Shown here: piece by piece, positions 12,397 through 23,658 of the stretch
Layout: every line of letters starts with the position of its first letter
How positions within the stretch are numbered: the first letter of the stretch is position 1
Origin: Nemertoderma westbladi
Taxonomy: Eukaryota; Animalia; Xenacoelomorpha
Direction of reading: 5' to 3'
DNA: 50,261 bases
NCBI GenBank assembly: GCA_032718475.1
Contig: JAUCBJ010005430.1
Coordinates: 1 to 50,261 of the forward strand
Made by a program: the position numbers and the translations under genes
Notes under the pieces: model-generated
What the model was told of the DNA's origin: nothing
The model's input: only the letters and a program-made list of their open reading frames with translations
Databases searched by the model: none

Positions 12397-13657
12397 TCAT
12401 AAATAGTGCATTATATTAGATATTAGAAATAGTAATGTTTGTTTACATTCCCCTAATGATTGGCAACATCGAGGTGTCACCAGCACAGTATCTTCAAGGA
12501 AACTGTCACATAAGTTAGCGATCTCAGGGATACAGTGTGGCAGTTTGGTAGCGAATATTCTCATAGAGGCTAGAGATTCTATATCCACGTGGTGGATGTA
12601 GTTAGGTGACTGTAAATAAAGTAGATTTGGCTTTCCTCCCGGGGATAATAGACCGCTACGGCGAATCCGGTGGCTATTGTGATAGACCATTATTAAATCG
12701 AGAGTATACTGGAGAAACGGCAAGTAAACATATCTAACAATTTCTATATGTATAAAGTTTGAAGTATCCAAAAAGGCAAGTTCTAATTCTGCGAAATGAT
12801 CTAACCAATGCGATAATCCAAGTTTTGGAATCTTGGACCAAAAAGACTCAATCCTTTGGTTCCTTTTACTTTTACCGTAGATAAATAAACGTTGTACCAT
12901 TCAGGGCAGCATCATCATTATGATAGAGTCGAAGAAAGTGCTGGATAATTTCAATGTTGACGTTTTCTGTTCCGCGATCCGAACGTATAATATGCGGAAT
13001 GCCTCGCAATAAATCGATTATTTCTAAAAAATAGGCTGCCACTATGAAAGGATCGTTATTGCTCTGTCCGCATTTTAACCACATAATCTTTCTGCTAAAA
13101 CCGTCCATTCCACCATGAACAGCTAAACCGAACGGTTTAAGCTTATCCCATCCGTCAATGTGGAGTAGAAAGTTTGGTCCCTTCAAAAAGTAAGTGCGAT
13201 GTGTAAGTTTGTGCTTGATACGGCACAACCGCCCATCCGGATCTAGAATACGCAGCAGTTCGGCAGTTAATTTACGCGGTACATAAATGTTATGTTGGTA
13301 CATTAAAACATGTTGCATCAGCAGGTATCCAGCTGTACTTGGAGAACGATTATCACTAGAGGTTTTATGAAGTTCATTCTGTATGGTATCGACTATCACA
13401 CCAAAATCAGCCGGATTAAACCGTCGATGCAACTTAATTGATGATAAATAACGACGCACGGTTCTACAGGAAATGTACAAACCACAGGATTGCTGCAGTA
13501 TCTGCGCTATTTCTGCATGCGTTTATCCCAACCAAAAATTCTCAGAAATTTCCTTCCTCCAAGGTTGCGCCGAGACTAATATTGGCAACAATATAATAAT
13601 CAAAACCAGTGCAGCTACCGGTACTGATAGCGTTACAGTAGTAACATATTTCGTCAT
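12397..13657 (-). pseudogene. IS3/IS481-like (integrase core) DDE transposase, one stop and one frameshift
   Basis: ATG 13657; TAA at 13525-13523; motifs HIDGWDKL, HGGMDGFSRKIMWL, RSDRGTEN, NQRIESFW; frameshift from an apparent TTTA duplication near 12885. Confidence 0.9.
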
Positions 13658-13932
13658 ATTGATTTAAGCTTAAGTTTATAGCTTGTAAGTTTTGTGAAGA
13701 CAGAAAGTTCCGGTCTGGTATGCAGTAGGTAAGGTACAGACAGTACCGGTCGCGGTCTGCGTCTGGTATGCAGGTTCCGATTTACATGCCGCCTTTCAGC
13801 TCTAGGTACAGTACCGGTTCGGCATGCAGGTTCCGTTTTTGATTTACACGCCGCCTTTAAGTCAGTTAGTTACATTTTAAATTTCCCTCTTCCTCATCAA
13901 CATGAGTCAAATCCTCTAAAAGTCAGCTGATT

Positions 13933-14050
13933 GATATTAATTTCAACCCGGGTTGAAATTAATTTCAACCCAGGTTGATATTAATTTCAACCCGGGTTGA
14001 TATTAATTTCAACCCGGGTTGATATTAATTTCAACCCGGGTTGAAATTCA
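13933..14050. repeat. Subterminal array of palindromic 21-bp units (ttaatttcaacccgggttga); 2 matching copies at 8367-8411
   Basis: Directly visible; about 5 copies on the right end versus 2 on the left. Confidence 0.9.
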
Positions 14051-14439
14051 AGAAAAAAATGTTGATCAAATTAAAAATTAAAAAAGAAGTGAATTATTTT
14101 GGCCGCTTTCAGCCACCGTAGTTACATTGTTATACATTTCATTATGGTGCATCGCGATGGCACAAAATTTATACCCTCTTGCGATCCATGAAGATATAGA
14201 TGAATTTTTGCCTTATTTTTTTACCATTTGGCAACTTTTGTGCACCGGTAGAACAACGAAATCGAAAAAAAGTAAAAAACGCACCGCCCTAAAATACATA
14301 TGTACAAAAGGAACATAATTCGATTTCCTATAATACTACTGTACTATATTTATAATTATTTCTCATTCAGGACAAACATCTCATCATCATAAAGGGCCCA
14401 TTCACAATAGCCCAATTACATTAATTACACTAATTAAAT

Positions 14440-15330
14440 GATATTGTAGTTATTTATTGATCACCACAAATTCTGCAAAGCAGGTTGTGGCGCACACTCA
14501 TAGTTTCACATATGGGGGGTCGAGAGTTGAACTTTGTAACGAGTATGATTATCTTGGTGTTTCACTACAACCGTCACTTTGCTTTACCAAACATATAGAA
14601 CAGAAGAAGCAGAAGACCTTTGCTCTCATTGGCTGTCTCCCCAACACATAGCGATTATCGATCGAAACTGGATTAAAAATCTTTCGAATGAAATTATACC
14701 TCATGACAACATACGCTTTCATCGAGATTGCTCGATACCTAACCTTATCCAATTTAAAGGAAGTGGACAAGATTAAGACAAGATTTTTGAAACGACTTTT
14801 AGGCCTTCACACTAATGCATCTTCCACTATGGCACTAATGGCGGTAGGTGCTAATTCCCTCACTGAGGATTTACTAGGACAGCACCCATACATCTTCAAA
14901 CCCGAAGTTATCGAACAGTATAAAATACATCGACTTGACAGACTCAACAACTTAAACTTACAAGGCTATCATCGGGGACCAGCATTTTCTTTGAATTGGA
15001 AGAAACCCAAACAGTTGAACAGGCATATTGTTACAAGAACAACTGCTCACGGTTTCCACCACATATTATTTGCAGCAACAAAACTCCGTTCCATGAGCAC
15101 TCTGGTTGTTGTAAACGCTCCTACTGTAATCGATCATGCAAGGACCTGTACCATGTTCTCAACTGTTCGAGCTGTCCTCCACTTGTTGCTCTGGCTTCCA
15201 AGAAATAATTAAACAGACTAACAACAATAGATTTTCGCATATGTACACTGACATATATTTTACTTTAATTATCATTCGAAATAAAAAAAATTCCATTTGC
15301 CCCGTGTGGGGGCGTATATATTTAAAAAAA
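14440..15330 (+). mobile_element. 5'-truncated degenerate LINE 3' end
   Basis: RT C-terminal motif YDYLGVSL, later RFLKRLLGL, terminal Cys-rich knuckle remnant and an A-tail after a gcccc..ggggc hairpin. Confidence 0.7.
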
Positions 15331-15639
15331 AGTTATTTATTGATATCAGTATTATTACATTTGTTGTTCTTCAACAAAATTATTTCTAAAATTTTTGAAT
15401 AAAGCTAGCACCAAATTTTGAATGAACCAAATGTAAAAAACAACCGACTACATAATAAATGTGTGGATTGTAATAGGAAGGACCTGAAAATACTTCCCCA
15501 GTTGTTGCTGTTTAGGATCTGTTAGATAACACTCTAAAATAGCCATCATTAAACGAAACAGGAAGAAAATATTGTGAAAACGGATCTTTTAATGGAAAAC
15601 ATTTATTGTCATATAATATTATGTAAGTGGGTAATGGTA

Positions 15640-16110
15640 AATTAAAATATTGGATTCCAGTGCTGGTGATAAAGGTAAAGGGAAAGGCAATTGGAGCCTA
15701 TTTGGTGGCCATGTGTAACACGGTTATTGGATGAAATTCCACTAGCCCTCACCAAGAAAACTTTAATACAGTTAGAGATGCGTTGCGTAATTATTTCGGA
15801 GCTCAGGATAGAGGTGTCTATCATCCACGGTTGCTCAACTGCAAACAGTTACCAATGGAGCGCGAGCCTATTGATGTTTATGTTGAGTGTTTAAAGTCAC
15901 ACACTTCTGAAGATTTACCGAACATGCTGGCAAATCAATGCAGCGACTTACTTCTACAGATATTCTATGGAGGAATTGGATATAGTTTAGCAGATACACT
16001 TCACATGATTGAGCCACCAGATTTCGAAACCGAGGTGCAACGAGCTAGAAGGATCGAGCTACATAGCAATAATAGAAACCATGAACGAGAATATGAATAT
16101 AGTAAGTAGG
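15640..16110 (+). pseudogene. Degenerate LTR-retrotransposon gag-like fragment
   Basis: VRDALRNYFG..RLLNCKQ..EPIDVYVECLK resembles the capsid major homology region. Confidence 0.4.
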
Positions 16111-16336
16111 AATCTTGGAGTAATAAATCCCCGTCAATTACGGTTACAATGTGGTAAGTCTGTAAGTGTGGTAAGTACAGTCTGTTCTTTAAACAGCTGG
16201 AAGGCTTTTTTCATATTTTTTTTTCAAAATTTCAAATTTTTGGCGGGTAATTTAAATTTTAGCAAAAATTTGAATAATTGCTACTAGTTTGTTGAACTTT
16301 GGCCTTTTGAGCTCAAATATTCAAAATATGTTGGAA

Positions 16337-17335
16337 AGCACAATCAGCGTCGGAGGTAGGTGAGTCTGCCCCCCAAGCCCCGGTTGTCGGTGTGTCTGCC
16401 CCCCCAGCCCCGCTTGTCGGTGTGTCTGCCCCCCAGCCCCGCTTGTCGGTGTGTCTGCACAATCAGCGTCGGAGGTAGGTGTGTCTGCCCCCCAAGCCCC
16501 GGTAGTCGGTGTGTCTGCCCCCCAAGCCCCGGTAGTCGGTGTGTCTGCCCCCCAAGCCCCGGTTGTTGGTGTGTCTTCCCAATCAGCGTCAGAGGTAGGT
16601 TTGTCTGCCCCCCAAGCCCCGGTTGTCAGTGTGTCTGCCCCCCAGCCCCGCTTGTCGGTGTGTCTGCTCCCCCAGCCCCGCTTGTCAGTGTGTCTGCACA
16701 ATCAGCATCGGAGGTAGGTGTGTCTGCCCCCCAAGCCCCGGTTGTCAGTTGCTGGGGAGCCTCAGACTCAACTTAGTCAGTCGGTCCCAGCCATTACTAC
16801 CCCGGGTCCCACATTGGTCCCGGTTGTCGGTGTGTCTGCCCAATCAGCCTCAGGTGTCGGTGTGTCTGCCCCCCAAGCCCCGGTAGTTGGTGTGTCTGCC
16901 CCCAAGCCCCGGTTGTCGGTGTGTCTTCCCAATCAGCGTCGGAGGTAGGTTTGTCTGCCCCCCAAGCCCCGGTTGTCGGTGTGTCTGCCCCCCAGCCCCG
17001 CTTGTCAGTGTGTCTGCCCCCCAGCCCCGCTTGTCGGTGTGTCTTCACAATCAGCCTCGGAGGTAGGTGTGTCTGCCCCCCAAGCCACGGTTGTCGGTGT
17101 GTCTGCCCCCCAAGCCCTGGTTGCTGGGAAACCTCAGACTCAACTTAGTCAGTCAGTCCCAGCCATTACTACCCTGGGTCCCACATTGGACATCGGAGGC
17201 TCTCACTCCGCTTCCTCCTACAGCGGATTCTGGTGGTCTTTCATACCGACATCTGAGGCTGATTGTGTAGACACACCGACAAGCGGGGCTGGGGGGGGGG
17301 GGGGGCAGACACACCGACAAGCGGGGCTGGGGGGG
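16337..17335. repeat. GC-rich minisatellite of 28-30-bp units with higher-order structure; inverted units at ~17245-17335
   Basis: gtcggtgtgtctgccccccaagccccggtt and variants; a ~70-bp block repeated at ~16745 and ~17120. Confidence 0.95.
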
Positions 17336-18110
17336 ATGGTGTCTAGGACTGAGAAGATCGAGGATGGGGACGTGAAGGGGGCCAGCCGTTTGGCCTCCTC
17401 TAAGGACTCCATCGCTCCCGATACCCGTGAGACATTGGAGATGCTCCGCAGTAAGAACCCATCCAAACCGTCCATCCAGCTCCATAGAGCTGGATGGGCC
17501 ATAGATGCCAGCGCAAATGGTATCAAACTCCCGACGTATCTGGGCGCGTGACTCCTCTGTCTATGATAAACAACTTGGTGAGGCGGGCACTGGTCAGCTG
17601 TGATATCCCGTCAGTCCTGGAACCCCCGGGTCTCTTCAGGAACGACGGGAAACGAGTGGACGGGGTGAGCCTCACCCCTTGGAGCGGGGGACGAAGCCTT
17701 ACTTGGGACGCTACGGTAGTCGACCCCCTCGCCCCCAGCCACCTCCAACAGACCCTCATCGCCGGCGGGCGCACAGCTGAGGAGGCAGAGCGGATGAAAC
17801 GCGCGACAAACACCGAGCTGGAGCAGCGGGGCCTCCACATTTTTCATCCTGTGGCCTTTGAGACCCTCGGCCGCCCCGGCCCGGAGACTGCGGCCTTCCT
17901 CCGGGAGGTTGGCTCCCGAATGCACGCGTTCACCCACGAATCCCGCTTCCTCCTACAGCGGATTCTGGTGGCCATTCTAGTGGGCAATGCGGCGTCTGTT
18001 ATGGTGATGGGCGGTCCCTCTCCGGGTGACCTTTTTGATGGACCCTGAACTCTTTTCCTAACTTAATTAATTAATTCATTTTATAAAATCTGTGCCTAAT
18101 TTATAAATAG
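17336..18110 (+). mobile_element. Internally deleted CRE-clade non-LTR retrotransposon with restriction-like endonuclease
   Basis: KIEDGDVKGASRL..LEMLRSKNP (pre-RT segment) joined to EPPGLFRNDGKRVDGVSLTPWSGGRSLTWDATVVD..FHPVAFETLG; RT domain missing. Confidence 0.8.
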
Positions 18111-18539
18111 AAAACTTGTTAATTATTCTATATTAATTGTTCAATTACGGTATTTGTTATACAGGATTTGATATCCTTGTGTCGGATGAATTTATTGAGT
18201 TTATACTTAGTTGTAAAAATTTATTACCCTTTTTTTAAATTGTAAAAAAAAAATTTTTTTTCAAAATTTTGCATTTATTGGAAAATTAAAAAAAAAATTG
18301 TATATTATATGATAAGAAACCACTATATTATATTTATATTTATATTACATTATAATATATTTATATTACAATATTATTATATTGCAATTACCAAAACTTA
18401 TAATCAGTTTCTACACCAACCACCTCTGCCTGTTTCCTCTTAGCTGAACCACTCAGATTAGATGACCTCCTCTTCACATTTACTTCCTCCCCCCGATTCG
18501 CCAACAGCCCTTGGTCCTCATCCAGATGAAGTCGCTTCA

Positions 18540-18790
18540 AACCAACGTATATAAAGACTCTGGGGTGAAATAAATCGTGTTGTAGTTAGAGATTATAAAC
18601 CATTGTTTGAGCGACTGGAAGATGAAGGTTGCCTAGATTGCCATGTAGAATTAGATTTATTTGCTCTACACTATGTCTACCTACCTCGAATTAAACGTTC
18701 TATTTCCGAGGTCCGTAATCAGCTCAACAATTAAAGACTACGAACAATGCGCAATCTATCGCCAAGACAGATGTGGATGCAAAGTATAGT
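18540..18790 (+). pseudogene. Fragment of a second IS3EU-type transposase
   Basis: Manual translation NQRI*RLWGEINRVV..DLFALHYVYLPRIKRSI..NN*RLRTMRNLSPRQMW. Confidence 0.75.
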
Positions 18791-18992
18791 TGGAGAGAAT
18801 ACAATAATTAACAAACAAAACTTATACTCATGCGGTTTCTCTTATTGTTCATGAATTGTCATTGTTGGAATTATTAGTCATCCGGCCTTATTATCATGTA
18901 ACACGTTTAAACAAACTTCAAACATACCCCCCACTTTGTATGAATAATTAAAATGTGAATAATTCATTATTGTTTCTGTCACTGTCTTTTAA

Positions 18993-20383
18993 CCCTATTA
19001 GTACCGGGCTATAAAATGTTGTACAAATACCGGGGGAGGGGTCATATTGACCCCCCCCTCTAAAATCTACAAATATTTACGAAAACGTCTGATTTTTTGT
19101 TTGTACGTAGGTATCACTTGTCTGGATCCGACCGAAAAAAAAAATTTCGAAAAAATGTACTGGGGTGGTTATATTGCAGCACCAAAATTACAAGTAGTGC
19201 ACAATTTTAAAAAAATTTGAAAGTTACATTTTCGGCTAATTATTTTTCAATACAGGTTTTTTGGGGTGCAAAATACATTGGAAAATATTTAAAAATGATA
19301 TGATTACTATAAATGGCTGTTTAGTCCTCTCTGCGTAGGAAAAAAATGAAAATAACAAGTAACCAGCACTTTTCAGTTAGAACACAAAATTTTTAATTCA
19401 CTTATACGATGCTATAAATTAACATTTTCAGGTTTTCGAGGGCGCTGATTCTAATGGAATACATTTCTGATATGCCAGATCATTGCTACTTGTATTTTTC
19501 GGCGTAATTTGGCAAATTTTGGTGCTAACACCAAATTTCGTACCCATCACCAAAAAGTACAAGTTTGCGATGTCCAGTGCTGTTTTTATTGATTCCATTG
19601 AATTCAGAACCATCACAAACCCGTATAACGCAAGAAACAAGGTGACACAATCAATTGATATATTTTATGGTTTTCAAAATTTGGTGCTAGCACCACATTT
19701 TGCACCCACATCCGAAAAATACAAGTTTGAGATGTCTAGTTCGATAATTATATTTTCCATTGAATTCAGAACAGCCATAAACCTCTAAAACGCAAGAAAT
19801 AAATTGTCACAAGCAATTTTATATATTGAATGGATTTTCAAAATTTCGTGCTAGCACCAAAATTTGCACACAGCACCGAAAAATACAAGTTTGATACGCT
19901 TGGTGCAACTCGTATATATTTCATCGAAACCAGAACCCCAAAAAAACCCCAATTGCGTAAAAAACAAGTTTCAAACAATCAATTTTCAAAATTGACATAT
20001 TTCAAAATTTGGTGCTGGCACCAAAATTTGGCACACGCCGAAAAAAACAAGTTTGAAATTTCTAAATCAATTTATATGAATTCCATCCAATTGCTAACAC
20101 TAAAATACCGGTTTAAATCAACAATAGAGATGTTACAATTCATATTTAATGAAATGTAATTTTCAAAAAACGTCTCAAAAAGTTCCAAAAGTAGGGTTAA
20201 AAAATGGTGCTATAACTCGAAAACTACCCAATATTTTTGAAAACGGTTTTCACTACTAGGAAAACAATAGATTTTTAGGAAAAGTCATAACATTTCAGAT
20301 TCCCAACTGCGTTTTCAGAATTATAATAAAAAAAACCACGGGGGGGAGGGGGTCATATTGACCCCCCCCCGGGTTTAATAGGG
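18993..20383 (+). mobile_element. piggyBac-type non-autonomous element
   Basis: TTAA|CCCTATTA..TAATAGGG|TTAA; subterminal ggggtcatattgacccc motifs; internal repeats with tggtgctagcacca palindromes. Confidence 0.9.
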
Positions 20384-20689
20384 TTAAAACACTTAATGGA
20401 AAGTAATAACTAAGTATAATGTATTCAATGAAGTTTACATTAATATTGGGAATTTTTATGGTGGGTATCAATATCGCAACAAATAGCACAGTAAAATGAA
20501 CCTAACAGAAACAGTAAAAACAATATATCGCAATTTTAATTTAGATGCACAACTTCCAATGAAAATAAGTCTAGTGGACCATCTAAAATTTCAGTTCGAA
20601 TAATAAAGAAAATATCTCTAGATATATTATCCCCACTCGCCATTCACTTCACATATATTATTAACCAAAGTTTTACCAGATCCGAATTC

Positions 20690-21075
20690 CCCAATAAGCT
20701 TAAAATGGATGTGACATCACCCATTACTAAAGTATTTGAATGGGAAATATTCAATCAAAAAGTTAAGCACATAAACGGCAATAATATGCTATATGGAAAA
20801 CAGTTTGGTTTTCGTAAGGAAAGTCTACAGTAGATGCCGTAACATACTGGACTGAATGCTGGAGAGGTAGCTGTTGCATGCTTGGATTTCAGCAAGGCCT
20901 TCAATTCCATAAACATAGAACTATTATTGTATAGATTAAACGACATGGGATTCCACAAGACAGCAATATCACTCACTAATCAGAAGCTATCTAAATCAGT
21001 GACAACAAAGGGTTGTTCAGGATTGTCCAACAGTATGACTGGACTATACTGGACTAACCCAGAGATTCTGTTATG
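20690..21075 (+). mobile_element. Highly degenerate CR1/L2-type RT fragment
   Basis: KQFGFRK.. and LDFSKAFNSINIELLLYRL. Confidence 0.55.
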
Positions 21076-21144
21076 AGTGGCTCTATTAAAATGTAAATTT
21101 TTTAAAACGCATATCACTGTAAGCCTATAAAGTGCATATCTAAC

Positions 21145-21590
21145 TGCAGAGGATACCAAATCTCTAGGTGATCACAAGAATGCTGCGCCGGGTTCATTGT
21201 GTCAAGTACAATGAAGACATCTCCAATCACACTCTATACAACATTGGAGGTGTTCCATCAGTCTCCCCTAGCTTGACACTTGAATAGAACCGCCTCCGCT
21301 TTGCAGGACATTGCTTTACCGCGAGGAACAGCCAGAGCATAATCATGTGGTTTGGCGGCCTAATGGAGTGAATATGCATGGTGGACATGGACAGCCCATG
21401 ACTTTCGTGAGACGCATCTTAAAGGACACTGGCCTTGACGATGCAGATAATCTAGAAAATCTCATGGTTGATAGGGAGTTGTGGTGGCCAATCTTGTTGA
21501 GAAGCTGGCACAGCATTCTATCTTAATATATATGTAAAATATAATCATGCACCTGCAATGCAGCACGCTGATCGTAATAATAGTAGTAGT
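21145..21590 (+). mobile_element. RTE-clade LINE 3' fragment
   Basis: Homologous to 39490-39911; RLRFAGHC motif; (tag)n tail. Confidence 0.8.
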
Positions 21591-21639
21591 TATAAAGTGT
21601 CTAATTTAGGATTCCGGCAGAAATTTACAACAATCTTAA

Positions 21640-23056
21640 CCCTACTAAACCCGGGGGGGGGGGGGGGGTCAATATGACCCCCCCCATGGTTTTTTTATTA
21701 TAATTCTGAAACAAACGCCGTTGGGAATCTGAAATTTTATGACTTTTCCTACAAAATCTATTGTCTTCCTAGTAGTGAAAACCGTTTTCAAAAATATTGG
21801 ATAGTTTTCGAGTTAAAGCACCATTTTTTAACCCTACTTTTGGCACTTTTTTTGAGACGTTTTTTGAAAATTTCATTTCATTAAATATGAATTGTAACAT
21901 CTCTATTTTTGATTTATACCGGTTTTTTGGTGTTAGCAATTGGATGGAATTCATATAAATTGATTTAGAAATTTCAAACTTGTTTTTTTCGGCGGGTGCC
22001 AAATTTTGGTGCCAGCACCAAATTTTGAAATATGTCAATTTTGTAAATTGATTGTTTGAAACTTGTTTTTTACGCAATTGGGGTTTTTTGGGGTTTTGGT
22101 TTCGATGCAATATATACGAGTTGCACCAAGCGTATCAAACTTGTATTTTTCGGTGCTGTGTGCAAATTTTGGTGCTAGCATGAAATTTTGAAAATCCATT
22201 CAATAGATAAAATTGCTTGTAACAATTTATTTCTTGCATTTTATAGGTTTATGGCTGTTCTGAATTCAATGGAATATATAATTATCGAACTAGACATCTC
22301 AAACTTGTATTTTTCGGAAGTGGGTGCAAAATGTGGTGCTAGCACCAAATTTTGAAAACCATCAAATATATCAATTGATTGTGTCATCTTGTTTCTTGCG
22401 TTATACGGGTTTGTTAGGCTTCTGAATTCAATGGAATCAGTAACAAATTCATATGAGTTTTCAAACTTGTATTTTTCGGCGGTGGGTGAAAATTGTTGTT
22501 TTGCACCAAATTTTGGAAAATGAGTAAATTGATCAGTAGATAGTATCATCTTGTTTCTTGCGTTACACGGGTTTATGAGGGTCCTGAATCCGATGGAATC
22601 AATAAAAACAGCACTGGACATCGCAAACTTGTACTTTTTGGTGATGGATATGAAATTTGGTGCTAGCACCAAAATTTGCCAAATTACGCCGAAAAATACA
22701 AGTAGCAATGATCTGGAATATTTGAAATGTATTCCATTAGAATCAGCGCCCTAGAAAACCTGAAAATGTGAATTTATAGCATCGTATAAGTGAATTAAAA
22801 ATGTTGTGTTCTAACTGAAAAGTGCTGGTTACTTGTTTTTTTCAATTTTTTTCCTACGCATAGAAGACTAAACAGCCATTTATGGTAATCATATCATTTT
22901 TAAATATTTTCCAATGTATTTTGCGCCCCATAAAACCTGTATTGAAAAACAATTAGCCGAAAAATGTAACTTTCAAATTTTTTTCTTCGGTCGGATCCAG
23001 ACTAGTGATACCTACGTACAAACAAAAAATCAGACGTTTTCGTTAATATTTGTAGA
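21640..23056 (-). mobile_element. Second copy of the piggyBac-type MITE, inverted, lacking one terminus
   Basis: TTAA|CCCTACTAAACCCGGG; reverse-complement similarity to ~19063-20383. Confidence 0.85.
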
Positions 23057-23658
23057 TGTGTGGTGTGAGGTGTATTTAAACTGTACCCTACTGGCCGCTG
23101 AACCTCAACCTAGTTGCACAATTGATGTTATTTTTTTGTTAATAAATATATAAGAAAAACAATTGTTTGATTTTTTGGTTCAATGACAGGTGCATTTTAC
23201 ATAATATTTATTTGAGTTGGCTCTTTCAATTAATGGGCATTATGGGCGCGTCAACTTCACACTAATAATATATTTAAATGTGATTGTAATTACATTTAGG
23301 TGTATGTTGACAATTCTGACTCTGACATAAAACAACAACTTGATAGATAAATTATTGATTAATATACAATTATGCTGGGAATTATTTCTACTGACAATTA
23401 TTTTTTTATCAATCATGCTTAAAAATAACACACATTTGACTCATGTGTCACAACTTAAATTATCACACAAACAAGAAACTTTGTGAAATTACATTTAATT
23501 GGCCAAATTACTTTCAACTTCAACACTAATCCCTTCTTCATATTTTTCGAAATAACAAGTAATTTTTTTATAAATACACCGGTAAATTAATGTTTCTTCA
23601 TTTTGATTGTAACATATACAAAGTATAAACAATTTATTGTTTTCAGAAAAAGGAAACC

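Larger units (their letters stand above)
8295..14120. mobile_element. IS3EU-like DNA transposon carrying a HECT ligase gene and a DDE transposase
   Basis: TIRs TATGGTGGCTGAAAGCGGCCAA.. / ..TTGGCCGCTTTCAGCCACCGTA extending about 115 bp; flanking duplication gttatat/gttacat; removing the element restores the host MITE arm. Confidence 0.85.
7080..14289. mobile_element. Non-autonomous long-TIR DNA transposon (MITE, about 1.4 kb; PIF/Harbinger- or Zator-like ends), split by the 8295-14120 insertion
   Basis: 7080-~7615 is an imperfect inverted repeat of ~7925-8294 joined to 14121-14289; ends GGG..CCC with flanks caa/taa. Confidence 0.8.

Noticed and set aside
12397-13657. Bacterial IS contamination or a prokaryotic origin for the window
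   Set aside because: The same element holds a gene with spliceosomal introns and is nested among eukaryotic TEs.
13933-14050. Palindromic repeats resembling CRISPR direct repeats
   Set aside because: No spacers; they mirror the left end of the transposon and are subterminal repeats.
16337-17335. CRISPR-like array, or genes from the many overlapping repetitive ORFs
   Set aside because: Units are contiguous with no unique spacers and no cas genes; ORFs in several frames are a by-product of a GC-rich satellite.
19428-22754. Short ORFs in the AT-rich repeats
   Set aside because: They lie in non-coding MITE internal repeats with no recognisable motifs.
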